A stretch of DNA of 64,000 nt. It comes from Podarcis muralis. Lineage: Eukaryota. How positions within the stretch are numbered: the stretch's first letter is position 1; each line of letters begins with the position of its first letter. A program made the translations under genes and the position numbers. The stretch covers positions 25,668,001 through 25,732,000 of the forward strand of contig NC_135667.1 of NCBI RefSeq assembly GCF_964188315.1, read 5' to 3'. The notes beneath the pieces were generated by a model that saw nothing but the letters and a program-made list of their open reading frames with translations, was not told where the DNA came from and did no database searches. This document shows, in pieces, positions 35,035 to 47,394 of the stretch.

Positions 35035-35982
35035 ATGCAGGAAGTAGGCGAAAATGAGACAGCTGTGACTGAATTTATCCTCATCGGTTGGTCAGGTCGA
35101 CCCAAGTCAAGGATGGTTTTAATGACAGTTTTTATAATTTCCTACTTCATAACAGTTCTTGGGAATGGACTTATTGTTGTGGTAGTGATATGTGACCCAC
35201 GGCTACACAACCCCATGTATTTTTTCCTCTGCAATTTGTCCATTATTGACCTCTGCCTCACAACAACATCGCTCCCACAATCTATAGCCAACTGCTTAGT
35301 GGACAGGCCTGTAATGTCTCTTGCTGCATGCTATACACAAATGTATTCTATTCTCTTATTTGGTACAACTGAATGTTTCTTCCTGGCTGTCATGGCTTAT
35401 GACCGATACATTGCCATCTCTAATCCACTGCGCTACACACTCATCATTAACAGGACAGTGTGCATCATGTTGGCCACTTCCACATGGGTGGCAGCCTTTC
35501 TTATAACAGTAGTCCCTTGTCTTGCTAAGCCAGCTAGGTTTTGTGGAAACAATGAGGTGGACCATATAGGATGTGAATTCAAATCTATGTTTAAGCTCAT
35601 TTGTACGGATACCTCTATGAGCCAAATAAGCGTATACTTCACCAGCACTTTGTCACTAATTATTCCCCTTAGTTTTATTCTTTTCTCCTATATGCGCATT
35701 CTAGCAGCCATTGTAAGAATGCACTCAGAAGGAGGCAGAATGAAGGCTTTCTCTACATGTGGGTCTCACCTGGCGGTAGTGACTATGTACTATGGCACAG
35801 CCATATTTGTCTACCTTTTCCCTCAGAATGAGAAGACTCATGAGATGGAAAAAGTACTTGCAGCATTCAGTGCAGTGCTTACACCTGTGTTTAACCCTTT
35901 AGTTTACACACTCAGAAACCAGGAAGTTTTAGGAGCACTGAAGAGACTTTTAGGTAACAAAAAGCCAGGCATCACATACTAA
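35035..35982 (+). CDS. Olfactory receptor, intact (OR-5, 315 aa)
   Basis: Full OR motifs; start MQEVGENET 10 nt after a TTCCAG acceptor. Confidence 0.97.
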   Translation: MQEVGENETAVTEFILIGWSGRPKSRMVLMTVFIISYFITVLGNGLIVVVVICDPRLHNPMYFFLCNLSIIDLCLTTTSLPQSIANCLVDRPVMSLAACYTQMYSILLFGTTECFFLAVMAYDRYIAISNPLRYTLIINRTVCIMLATSTWVAAFLITVVPCLAKPARFCGNNEVDHIGCEFKSMFKLICTDTSMSQISVYFTSTLSLIIPLSFILFSYMRILAAIVRMHSEGGRMKAFSTCGSHLAVVTMYYGTAIFVYLFPQNEKTHEMEKVLAAFSAVLTPVFNPLVYTLRNQEVLGALKRLLGNKKPGITY

Positions 35983-36635
35983 ACTTGTTTATGCAGCTGT
36001 TTTAGTTGCAATGTTCCTTCATAATGTGAAGCAACATTTCCTTGATTGTCCCATAGTGTCACTTCTTTTTACTGTTTTTGGCAATGAAATGGAAATACAC
36101 TACAAATGTAACAGGAATGTAAAGTTAACGTTCATGTTATGGCATATCTTATCCAAAAATATAATTACCTACAAAATGTGAACTTAGCTGTGGTGTTATT
36201 TTTATTCTCCCTGTCTTATAAACCTATCAACAGCTTGATCTCTAGCTCAGCAGAGTCTCAATATTGGTGGCCCATTCTTGTATATAGAATTTGCCCAGGA
36301 ATCTCAATTAATGGTCCTGCGATAAGAACACATATTCCATCTTGGGTGCTTCACAAGTTGGATATAATGGTATAAACACTTGCTAGTTCAAGAACTGAAA
36401 CTCAAAAATATACTTTTGGTGAAAATAGTGTTTGCATCTCAGCAGCAGACTGACAGGCTGTTACCTGCTTCTAGTTCGCTCCTAAGATGGGCTTCCTTTC
36501 ATTTTAGTTGATGGGTTCTATCAGTTTGGGTGGGGAGCAGACATTTTGGCTGAATCCACCAAGTGAAATAAAAGAGGAGGAGAAATATGATTTTCAAGGG
36601 AGAAGGAGGGGGAATTACAATTGTCACAAAAAGAT

Positions 36636-36875
36636 TTTGCATCAGTCATGGCTCGTGACTGAAACATTGTTGTCACCAATCCATGAGTACTACATCGATC
36701 ATTAACAGGGTGGTTTGCATCATGTTGGTCACTGTTACTTGGACTTTCATAATTATTGTAATCCCATGTCTTGATAAGACAGATAAATTGCTTGGAAAGA
36801 ATGAGATTGACCATGTAGGATATGAATTCAAATCTTTCTGTAAGCCTATTTGTATGGATACTTTCTCAGAGTGAC
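36636..36875 (+). pseudogene. OR pseudogene relic (TM3-ECL2), OR-5-like
   Basis: FASVMARD*..NP*...IINRVVCIMLVTVTW...IPCL...KNEIDHVGYEFKS..ICMDT, with stops. Confidence 0.8.
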
Positions 36876-39164
36876 AAAAATTGTTCTGACATGGTTTCTA
36901 TTCTTTATCCCTATTACATACTTTTGGAAATGTAATGTTGACTGCCTTATTTTTCTTCAGTGTCAAGCTCAGTCAATCAATTTATTGTATATAGCCAAAG
37001 GCCTTCACAATGAACAACAGGGGGCAACAGCAAGGTATTTCTCTAAAATCAAATCATAACCTTTAAAGTCTATGGTGTAAAAGCCTACAGCATAAACATT
37101 TACAGCATATAAATTTAGAATTACAATGCACTAACATAACTGGAGCAAAGCTTCTTATCTTCCAGTCCAAATTTGGCTACCAGTTTGTAGATATTTATTG
37201 GCTAAGAGTTCAACTATCACTGGGGGCGGGGTAGATTGACCTGAAAATCAATAAAGAATAGAAGATAAAAAAATCTCTGAGCACTATTTATAAATTTATA
37301 AAAACAATTAACAGTACATTATATTGTCAACTGGCTTACATCCATAAATGCATTTCCTTTCCATATGAGCTATTTCAATGTATTTCGCCTCTAAATATGC
37401 TGAAGGCATCTGCTGAAACCTAAGTTCAACAAAGGCCCTATATAACGGTAATTGTGAAAAAGTCAGCCTTTCAAGGTAGTGAGGCCTTGAATGGTTGTTT
37501 TTAATTTGAGGGTATCAAATAGAGTAACAGGCAGAAAAAATGGATTTTTAAAAATTGGTTAGCACCATAACTGAAGTTCCAAGTTCTAAGTTCACGTAAA
37601 CTAAGTGATAAATATTTATTCATTTGGAGATTATAAAGCCTAAGATTATCTTGACACTTCTGTGCCGAACTTCCTGTCCTTAGTTGCTCCAACCAGCAGA
37701 GCATGGTAAGAATATGGTCTTCAAAGGTCTACATCATTTAGGCTAGATCAGTTATGGCTGCTATCAAGGGAAGACCCAAAGTTCTAAAATGAGCTGGTGG
37801 GGTCCCATGAGGTGACAGTAGGAGGCCCTGTAGGAGCCTGTTCATGACACTTAGCATGTGGTGGTGATCAAAACCTTGGGATTTACATGTTGAATGCTTA
37901 AAGTTTTCTTTTTTAAATGTAAAACAAATTAGTCAATGGAGATTCGTTCATGTGGGAACCCACAAAGAAGAAATACAAGTCAGAAATAATAAAGTCCTCT
38001 TCACCTTTACCTATTTGTGGAAATGACTGTGATTTACTTGTATTTATTTACTCACATGTAAACCTGAATCTATATTCTATAAATAAAAGCAGTCACATAA
38101 AACTATAGAAACATCAGACCAAGGGAAGTCAGGAACCATAAATGCTGTAGCTAATCTCAGGCATTCATTGTGAGACCTTTATTTGAAGAGGTATTGATAG
38201 ATGAGCTAAGATAAGAACTGCTCAGAATTTTAGGGACATATGTAAAGTACTAGCTTTTAACATGACAAGAACTTTACTATCTATGTTCTGCCTTCTGAAT
38301 CCTCTTGAATTACCTTTGGGTCATTTTGCAGATTTATGTTAAATGGAACAGCATCCTTAACGTGGGTTTTTTTGCAGGGAGAGGGCGAGAAATGCTCAAT
38401 GCTCTGAAGGATTTTTTCCATGATTCCCCCTCCAATCTTCAGTGAGTAAAAAAAAACCCCCAACAATAAATGGTAAGCTATTTTGTTTATTCATTATGAA
38501 TTTTTGAAATATTTGTGGTCACTTCATGGGGCTTGGCTTAATAAGTTTCTCACTGTTCTTGTATGGACTAGCATATTTGTGCCATGAAGTATTCCAAATC
38601 ACATCTTACACATTTATACATTTTCTCTTAAGATCACCATTTCAGGGAAGCAGGTTGAATGATCTAAGTTCAAAATGAGGGGAAATCAATTAAACAGCAA
38701 CCAGAAATACTTTCAATCAATTGCAAACATTTCATTCTACATACCTTAGAAATCTGTTGGCGGAAGGGAATAAATCCACTAAATAATTGTGTGGAAGCAT
38801 CCACATATAATAATGAAATAAATGAATGCAATTCTATATTTTCCTACTCAGAAGTCCCATTAAAATCAATGCTTACTTGTAGATATAAGTTGATATAGTA
38901 TTGCAGTCAGATAAAAAGTCCAGTTGTAAAGGTACTATTTCTTCCAAATGGAGGTCTCATATTTCTCATAGGAGCATAAGTTTTGTCATGCTTTGCCATG
39001 CATTGTCAGTTCAGTGCTTCTAATCAGCGCCTCTCACTGTCAAAGCTGGTGTTACATGAGCTTTTCACAAGCATAACATGAATACACCACCTATTCTTCT
39101 TTGTTCCATCTTTGAAGTAAGATGTTTGAACATTACACACTTTGACCATTACAAGCTTAGTAGA

Positions 39165-39345
39165 GTTACAGATAGGTAGCCGTGTTGGTCTGCCATAGTC
39201 AAAACAAAAAAAATTCCTTCCAGTAGCACCTTAAAGACCAACTAAGTTAGTTCTTGGTATGAGCTTTCGTGTGCATGCACACTTCTTCAGATACCAGATA
39301 CTTAGTTGGTCTTTAAGGTGCTACTGCAAGGAATTTTTTTTGTTT
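39165..39345. mobile_element. Neptune-type PLE mini-insertion, inverted arms
   Basis: Tail-bearing minus arm 39165-39294 and tail-less plus arm ~39299-39345. 12-bp TSD AAGCT(T/C)AGTAGA at 39153-39164 and 39346-39357. Confidence 0.85.
39257..39294 (-). ncRNA. Minimal type-I hammerhead ribozyme motif, fully intact
   Basis: Minus strand reads GTAT-CTGAAGA-A-GTGTGCATGCACAC-GAAAG-CTC-ATAC: 4-bp stem I, stem II, palindromic AGCU stem III, CUC triplet. Confidence 0.8.
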
Positions 39346-39587
39346 AAGCTCAGTAGAGACAGCCTTGTACAAATGAATTTCATTATGACTATTTCTCTGT
39401 AGACTCAGTGCTCACCTACTACTTCAACTCTCTTTATATTAGAAAAATGAGTAGTGTAGAAATGTCTTAGAAATTTCATATGGTACTTCTAGTGAATGAC
39501 ATCTTTCTTTTCATCTTGGAAATTATTTTAATAGGATTAAGGGAACATTTATTTAAAATTTGTTTCATTCTGTATGGTTGTCTAGAG

Positions 39588-39723
39588 CAGTGTTTCCCAA
39601 CCTTGTGCCTCCAGCTGTTTTTGGACTACAATTCCCATCATCCCTTGCCACTGGTCTTGCTAGTCAGGGATGATGGGAGTTGTAGTTCAAAAACAGCTGG
39701 AGGCACAAGGTTGGGAAACACTG
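39588..39723. mobile_element. hAT (Charlie-like) MITE, 136 bp, near-perfect hairpin
   Basis: TIR CAGTGTTTCCCAACCTT; 8-bp TSD GTCTAGAG on both sides. Confidence 0.92.
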
Positions 39724-40059
39724 GTCTAGAGCTACACATTTGTTGTAATTTCTACTAATTTTCGGTTTAAGAATTTACACATGCAGTGTAAGGGAACTTT
39801 GCAGCTTCTGTTATAATATTAGTATGATAGCATTAGGTTAGTAGAATTAGACTAAATCAAACCTAAGATCATAGAATCATAGAGTTAGTCACATTTAGGT
39901 TTTCTTGAAATTCATGGGACTGATGGCTAATTTTTCACACTGAATTCAATGAAACCCAAGTACTACTAGCATATTAGACCTGACCAGGTTTTAATGATTT
40001 TATAATGGCTATAGAAATCCAAATTGCATTTGATTTCTTTTGCTTCAGGTAACATCCTG

Positions 40060-41007
40060 ATGCCACAACTAGGAGAACTGAATAATACTGAGATAACTGA
40101 ATTCGTCCTCATTGGATTCTCAGGGAAACCCAAGACAAGGATGGGTTTAATGAGCTTTCTTATCTTAGCCTACTTGGTGACAATAATTGGAAATGGACTC
40201 ATTCTTTTTGTATACGTAGCTGAGCCCCGGCTTCATAATCCAATGTATTTTTTCCTTTGCAATTTGTCCGTACTTGATGTCTGTTACACCACAACTTCAG
40301 TCCCTCAAGCTATTGCCAACTGCTTGGTGGACAGACCGGTCATGTCCTTTAACATGTGCTACCTTCAAATGTACACTGGCTTATACCTTGGATCAACAGA
40401 ATGCTTCCTGCTTGCTGTCATGGCTTATGACCGATATATTGCCATCTCCAATCCCTTACGTTATATGGTCATCATGAACTGGAAAGTTTGCATTGCTTTG
40501 GCAGCTATCTCCTGGGTAGGTGCCTTCATGCTCTCTATAGTTCCTTGTCTTGCTAACCCAGCACGTTTTTGTGGACACAATGAAGTGGATCAGATAACAT
40601 GTGAGCTCACAGCCCTCATGAAATTAATTTGCTCAGATAACACTGTGGGCCAGCTTGTTATGTATTTTACAAGCAGCTTCACTCTCCTCTTCCCCTTCTC
40701 TTTCATCCTCTTTTCCTATTTACGTATTATTGTGGCCATCCTAAGGATTCATTCGTCAGGTGGGAGGTGGAAAGCTTTCTCCACCTGTGGTTCCCACTTG
40801 ACTGTGGTGTGCATCTACTATGGAACATGCATATTCACCTATCTGAAACCTCAGTCTAAGGTGATGGAAGAAAAAGACAAAGTTATAACTGTGATTTATG
40901 GAACAGTTGTTCCTCTGTTAAACCCGCTAATCTACACACTGCGAAACCAAGAAGTGAAAGGTGCACTTAAAAGGCTGACTGGGAAGAAACAGAGATCTCA
41001 GCATTGA
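40060..41007 (+). CDS. Olfactory receptor, intact (OR-6, 315 aa)
   Basis: Full OR motifs; start MPQLGELNNTE 11 nt after a CTTCAG acceptor. Confidence 0.96.
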   Translation: MPQLGELNNTEITEFVLIGFSGKPKTRMGLMSFLILAYLVTIIGNGLILFVYVAEPRLHNPMYFFLCNLSVLDVCYTTTSVPQAIANCLVDRPVMSFNMCYLQMYTGLYLGSTECFLLAVMAYDRYIAISNPLRYMVIMNWKVCIALAAISWVGAFMLSIVPCLANPARFCGHNEVDQITCELTALMKLICSDNTVGQLVMYFTSSFTLLFPFSFILFSYLRIIVAILRIHSSGGRWKAFSTCGSHLTVVCIYYGTCIFTYLKPQSKVMEEKDKVITVIYGTVVPLLNPLIYTLRNQEVKGALKRLTGKKQRSQH

Positions 41008-41107
41008 ATCTGTATTTATTTATGAATTCATATATATATATATATATATATATATGCAGGTTTTGGTGTCCTCGGGTGTCTTCCCGTGTAAAAGTTGGGG
41101 TGTCTAG

Positions 41108-41145
41108 GCGACGTTTCGACGAGGTCTCACTCGTCATCTTCAGGC
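41108..41145 (-). ncRNA. Minimal hammerhead motif, intact core
   Basis: Same sequence as 1435-1472. Confidence 0.72.
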
Positions 41146-42083
41146 TGGTGCTTTCGGCTTCTTGTTACTGGAACAGAGCAGGATCTCAGTGTTTGAGTTC
41201 CTATAAATACTGTTGAGGAGGTGTGGTGTATAGCCTCCAATGTTCTGGGCAGAGAGGAAGTTCCTAGGCTAGTGTGCCTTTTCTTCTTTTGTTCCTTAAT
41301 TGCTTGAGGGATATCTTGAGTGATTTCTTGAGTGATATCCTGGTTACCACTTAGGTGGGTCATTAGGTGTGGATTAGTTGCTAAAGCCTTTGTGTCTTGA
41401 CCTCTTGAACTTTGTGAAGAGTTTTTCTGAGAAGATGGCTGTAGTTGTGCTCTGGCTTGGCTTCGTGTATAGGGGCGAGCTGTGGTTTTGTGGCCTGTGC
41501 CAGCCAGATCTGTGTAGGGATTGCAGGGGGGTGCAGCATCCGGAGGTGCCACCATGGTTTGGCTACTGGATGGTGTCTGTAATTTATCTGTGGAGAGGGT
41601 CTGGGTTTGGGTCTGGTGAGGTTGATTGGTGATGGCGTTCTGTGTGCCTCTGGATCTGGTGTCAGTTTTTGTGGGGAGGGCTAATTTCCAGATGTCTGGC
41701 AAGCGGGATGTGTCGTCACGCTTGTTCATGTTGTGAGGGTGTTTCTCTATCTCGATGGCTTCCATGATTATTCTCTTGTGGTGATGTTCTTGTGATGTTC
41801 ACAAAAACTCTTCACAAAGTTCAAGAGGTCAAGACACAAAGGCTTTAGCAACTAATCCACACCTAATGACCCACCTAAGTGGTAACCAGGATATCACTCA
41901 AGAAATCACTCAAGATATCCCTCAAGCAATTAAGGAACAAAAGAAGAAAAGGCACACTAGCCTAGGAACTTCCTCTCTGCCCAGAACATTGGAGGCTATA
42001 CACCACACCTCCTCAACAGTATTTATAGGAACTCAAACACTGAGATCCTGCTCTGTTCCAGTAACAAGAAGCCGAAAGCACCA

Positions 42084-42121
42084 GCCTGAAGATGACGAGT
42101 GAGACCTCGTCGAAACGTCGC
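42084..42121 (+). ncRNA. Minimal hammerhead motif, intact core, sense to OR-6
   Basis: CTGAAGA at 42086, stem GACGAG/CTCGTC, GAAACGTC at 42112-42119. Confidence 0.72.
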
Positions 42122-43907
42122 CTAGACACCCCAACTTTTACACGGGAAGACACCCGAGGACACCAAAACCTGCATTCCTGTACCCGTGAAAATCTACGAA
42201 AGCATATATATATATATATATATATATATATTGCTTTTTTCTTAAAAAAGGGGGTACTCTCATTTTCCTACTCATATTGAAATACTGCCCCTCACTGAGG
42301 CCAAACCTAGATTCACAAAATGTTTAGGGATATGCATATCCCCGCATCCACCCAGAAAAAAGCACTGTATGTATATATTGTGTCTAATGTGGTTTCCGCT
42401 TTAGAAAGACTATTTGGGATTTCAGCCTAAAGGTCATGAAAATGCCTGTCTTTTGTATTTCCTTAGGGCCAATATAGACCAGATGGGGTTGGCCATATTT
42501 ATGGTTCATCTGTCTGTCTTATTACCAAACAAGGTGGGGTGTGTGTGTGTGAAGTTTCTTTTATGTCAAGAGTTGGGCTTGGTTTTATAGAGCTGAACCT
42601 TCCTCACCCAATTCTGTTGCTTCCTACACATCTCACTCCCAGTACATCATCAATTTACTGGTGGAAGAATAGGATAAATTATGGGGAGTTAGTGTGTGTG
42701 AGATGAGAAGGCTCAGTTCCATACTTCCATTCAATAGGTTTTAAACAGCCTCACCTTGCCTTTACTTTATATGATAATGAGGCAGACATGTACAAATTCA
42801 CTCTTCTTCTATCTGCATTGGCCCTATTTCACGTGATAATTTTGTCCTCAAAATAATACTTATTATTTTCCCCAAAATATATCAGCATCATCAGCATCAC
42901 TAGTGTAAAATTAGGAAAACTCATTTAAATGTGATTTTTCTGTATATATCTACTGTAAGTGTTTTACTACATGTATATTGGGTCTTGGGCTATCTTACCC
43001 AAAGGTTTCAAGCTAGAATAAGCCGATAGAAATATAATTTTTCTCTGTCTTGATACACCAAAATGTAAGGAAGAAACAAACCGTAAGGAGCATTAACACT
43101 CCCCCAATTATTATATATATACTTTCCAGGTGCATGTATATATCTGCGTATGTAATGAACCAATAATAAAATTATAAGTTATCAAAAGTAACTTTGTTGA
43201 AATGAGTTTATCATAGTCATATTTACACTTTGGGTTGGGGGACAGCAATCTAAGAACTAGTAATTGATTAAAGTAAAATGTGTCTTAACCAGTGGTTAGA
43301 GATAATGAAGCAGTCCATAACTGTAATATATAGTTACTGACTCACACTTGCATGCACAAAAGCATTAACTTGCACCCTGAGTGACTCTCCGAAGCCTTTG
43401 TGCTCACTCTCACTCTCTCTCACATTGCATTGGAATGTGTTTATGCCTACACTCCAGATAGCCATCACTAGTCACGGCCCACCTGATGCCCCGATCCTCC
43501 AACTGGGCGACAACAACCTTGTCATTTGAAAAAGTACTGACTTGATTTTGACAGCAATCGCTGACCTGGAACAACTGCAGTCTGCATCTTTTGGTCGTAG
43601 CTCCTTCCACATTGTCAGTGGCGTGGCGCAATGAGATCAGCCACCTAAATTATGCCCTTGTAAAAATCAATAGGGCCTTGTGACAAGTAATGCAGCATCT
43701 TCAGCGTCGCATAATTCAATACCCAGACATTAAGCCCAATATGCCCAAATTGTTTCATCCTGATGGTGTCCATTTCTCCCCCTCGGGAAATGAGCATTGG
43801 GTAAAACCTGTGTTTTGCGATGAATCCACCCCTGAATAGACTCTGTCGTGCCTCAGTTGCCCCAGAAGGGGGGGGGGCTGAGAGGGATACACACCCAATG
43901 CCTATGC

Positions 43908-44110
43908 CAGAGGTCAGCAAACTAAGGCCCGGAGGCCGGATGCAGCCCACCGGGATTGTAAATCTGGCCCTCAGACCCTGCGGACCCCACACTAAACTAG
44001 CGCGGCACAGGGGCCTCGCTGCATGGGGACAGATTTCCACTACGCTGGCACGGCTTCGGAATTGCTGCAGGAAGTTCCTGCAGCCAATCCGAAGCTGCGG
44101 GCGCCTCTGG
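43908..44110 (+). mobile_element. hAT-MITE 5' fragment
   Basis: CAGAGGTCAGCAAACT..GGCCCGGAGGCCGGAT is a typical hAT MITE start. No second TIR found. Confidence 0.5.
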
Positions 44111-44495
44111 GCGATGCCCCTTCCTGCTGAGGCAGCCGTGTATGGCCAAGAGCCAAGCGGAAGGAAGCAGCAGTGGCGGGGAGGCTGCCTCCACCACACA
44201 GGCCAGTGGCCTGGGCTCTGCGCCCCGCGGACCCCTGGCCAAGGCAGAGGACGACGACACTGCCAAAGAGAAGGCGGCAGTGGCGGCGGTGTGAGTGGCG
44301 GAAGGGGGTCCTTTCAGGAGAGGGTGGATCCAGTCCCCACAAGGTCTGAGGGACTCCTGAAAAGGTTTGTGGAACCCTGGCCTATGCCAAAGCTTCCTAC
44401 ATCTGAAATCAATAAAGTTGTGGCTATTTAAATCCCAGACAGTTGTGTCCATTCATTTACCACTCAGCTATTAGGCGCGCTGGGATGGGGGACAG
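44110..44495 (+). mobile_element. LTR 3' relic
   Basis: GC-rich body, then AATAAAGTTGTGGC at 44411, as in the LTR at 11888. Confidence 0.5.
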
Positions 44496-45818
44496 CGGCT
44501 GGGCATGCAAATGGATCCTTAAAAAAAGAAAAAAAGCAAGTTGAGTGCAAACTGAATGTTTGGAAATTTAAATAGATCACAATGATTTGCATTTATTTAT
44601 TTATTTATTTATTTATTTATTTGACAAACATCTGTAAACCCTTTACTAGGGAAAAGAAAAAGTAGTTTTCAAGAAAATCTTTAAAAATAGGTTAAAATGC
44701 CAATGAAAAGCCAAATATTGAAAAACGGGTTCTGTTAAACAAAATATAATTTCAAATAAAAAAAGATTTTTTAAAACTCTTACACCTACTAAAATCGCAG
44801 GGCTGCATAGGCTATTTGGAACAAAAGCATTTTCACACTAAAAATAAGTGTAGATGCTGCCAACTATACTTTATTTAACTGGATTTATTTAACTGGATTC
44901 AAGCAAATCTTGATTGCTTTCTAGTGAACTCAGTGGAATTCCTTTTGATTAAATGGGTGAGGGCTATTCTCCCTGTTTGAAACGTAGAAGGTCTTGTGAT
45001 CATTACTTCAGATTTATATGTTGAATAGTTATTGGTGGTTCTTGAGTGCTCTCAAGCAAATTAATCAGTAGAGATTAGGTCATGTGGGAATGCAGAAGGT
45101 TAAAGCAGAAATCAAGAACTAATATAAGGTTACTCCTGTTTACCTGAAAGTAACAATGCTTCAAGATGCATTTTCACTCACATATAGATAGATCCAGCTG
45201 TTCAAGAATGGAAGATATGTTTCCTACATAGCTATGGTTATTGGATGCCCAGATTACATAAGAAAAAGAACTTGTAAAGTGAATATGTTGTAGCTAGTTT
45301 GATACCTTCATTGTATAACTTTCTTTTTAATTCGCTAATAGTGGGTCAAAAAGGATCAATAAAATGGATTCTTAAAATGTATTGGTGTGAGTGCACTAGA
45401 TTTGGAATAACCTTAAGGAAGAATTTAAAATATTTATTTTTAATGTGTAAAGAACTCCAACTTAGCTTCAAAAGCTCTTTCTCTCACCTTTCCCAAGTCT
45501 CTTGAAAGTAATTTTTGCATCATCCTGCTGTAATTCTGAAAAAAGGGGAACTACCACATTGCACCGATTTTTTTTAAGCATACTGTCACAACTGAGCAGA
45601 TGATTCTCATTATTTGGAAGAGGTAACTTTCTCTTTTAATTGAGCTTATTACTTGTATTCCACTTACTTATAACTTGGTGCAGCATTTTACATTAGGCGC
45701 TGAACCTCAGTTCAATAAAACTTCATTAGAAGTGTTTTATTGTTATTATTTTTCATATTTATTTTATACATTTTGTGTTTTTATGTTGCAAATCTCATTA
45801 ATTTTGGATGGAGGTAAG

Positions 45819-45875
<57 letters not shown>

Positions 45876-46214
45876 TGCCTACTTACATCTCTCTCGCTGA
45901 AATCAAGTGGACTTTTAAGTTTTTAACTTATACAAAGTCTTACCCAGTGAAATGATTTTGAAATAACATAATATTGTGTCATTTTTCTGTATATGTGTGC
46001 TTGTGCAATCTGCAGTGTCATTTAGCTTGTAATTTTGCAGAAGAGGATAAGGAATCAACAACCTGCACCTGAAAAGGATAATAATCAACAAAACAATAAA
46101 TAGGGATACTAAAATAGAATACCAGTCAATTCAAAACAAAATATTGCTCATCTACTGTTAAAGATGTCTTAGAAATGTGAAAATGTAACAACTTTAAAAT
46201 GGGCTTTAAGTAAA

Positions 46215-46670
46215 ATATATCTCCAGCACCTACATAATTTGATTATCATGAACTGGTAAAGTTGCATTGCATTGGTGTTTGTTGGTTGTTTCATGGATTT
46301 CCTATGTTCCCTTTTCCCAGCCTTGCCTAAGCCAACAGGGACTTGGAAACAATAGAATGTATCATGCAGCTTGTGATGTCAAAGCTTGCATTAAATGGGT
46401 CTGCTCAGCTGGTGCTATGGGTCACTTGGTTATGAAATACATTTACTGCTCTTTCCCCTTAACAGGTAATATTGTGGCCATTCTGCAACACTTTCCATCA
46501 CATGGCAGGTGGGAAGCTCTCTCACACTTGAACCCTGCTTAGTTGTAGTTTGCATCTCTATGAAACTTGCCCAGTCTAAAAACCCAGTCTAATATCACAC
46601 AAGATAGGCCTCAAAATTGCATTTTACTGACCAGTGATTTGTATGTTAAACAACTTAATCGACACACTGC
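46215..46670 (+). pseudogene. OR pseudogene relic (TM3 end to TM7), OR-6-like
   Basis: ATCTCC...GATTATCATGAACTGG, ATTGTGGCCATTCT...GGCAGGTGGGAAGCT align with 40445-40900; frameshifted. Confidence 0.8.
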
Positions 46671-47394
46671 CATTTATTAATTTATTTTTAAGTTTGAGAT
46701 CTTTCCCCAAATATGAGTCTCTTTTAGAAAGTTGAAAAATAAAAATTAAAGCAAAACTGACCATAAATTACATGTGGGTTATTGCCCGGGGGGGGGGCAC
46801 TAATTAATGACCTTAGAGTCCTTAGAGGCCAAAGAAAGAAAGGATGATTCCGTACCTGTTTGGTCTGACTTTATTTCATTTGTAAGCAAGGAAGAACATA
46901 TTTTATTTGGTTTTATTTTATTTCTGATTTCATTTGACAGTGATCTATAATTGTATATGGACTATGTTTATTGTTGCCAAATCCTGTTTGATAATACTGT
47001 ATTTTGTTGAATTTCGTATAACATTTCTTTTTAAAATAAAAAAAAATTAAAATATAGGCTTTTTGCCTGTAATATATGCAATGCATAGAAATAAGTCTTG
47101 ACCTAGTTCTCATTGAATAATGTACATATTTTCCCCACTTGCTTTCCTTTTATTCTGTACGATCATTGGCTGTAAAACTAAAAATTGATTTAATTTGACC
47201 TACCATATATAACCTGTTTGTGTGTGTCTATGATTCAGATTACAAACATTTTATTCTAGTTATAAAAAATTATCAATTTCAATATCATGTTTCTACTATT
47301 CTTTTTATAAATGCCTATATTATATGTAGCCAATACTTTCTCAAATATTGTGCATTTTCTGTTTCTTCCCTTGATCACCAAAAGCAAATTCCTT

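Larger units (their letters stand above)
41054..42203. mobile_element. Second Poseidon-type PLE inverted insertion in (TA)n, in the OR-6 3' region
   Basis: Minus arm 41054-41789; plus arm 41803-42175 complementary to 41054-41426, plus the same 28-nt tail. (TA)n at 41030-41055 and 42204-42230. Confidence 0.93.

Noticed and set aside
41127-42102. 212-aa and 78-aa ORFs
   Set aside because: Truncated C-terminal pieces of the same PLE ORF, with no independent start context.
43380-44431. 184-203 aa ORFs in a GC-rich patch
   Set aside because: They span MITE and LTR fragments with no recognisable domain. 43380-43800 remains unassigned.
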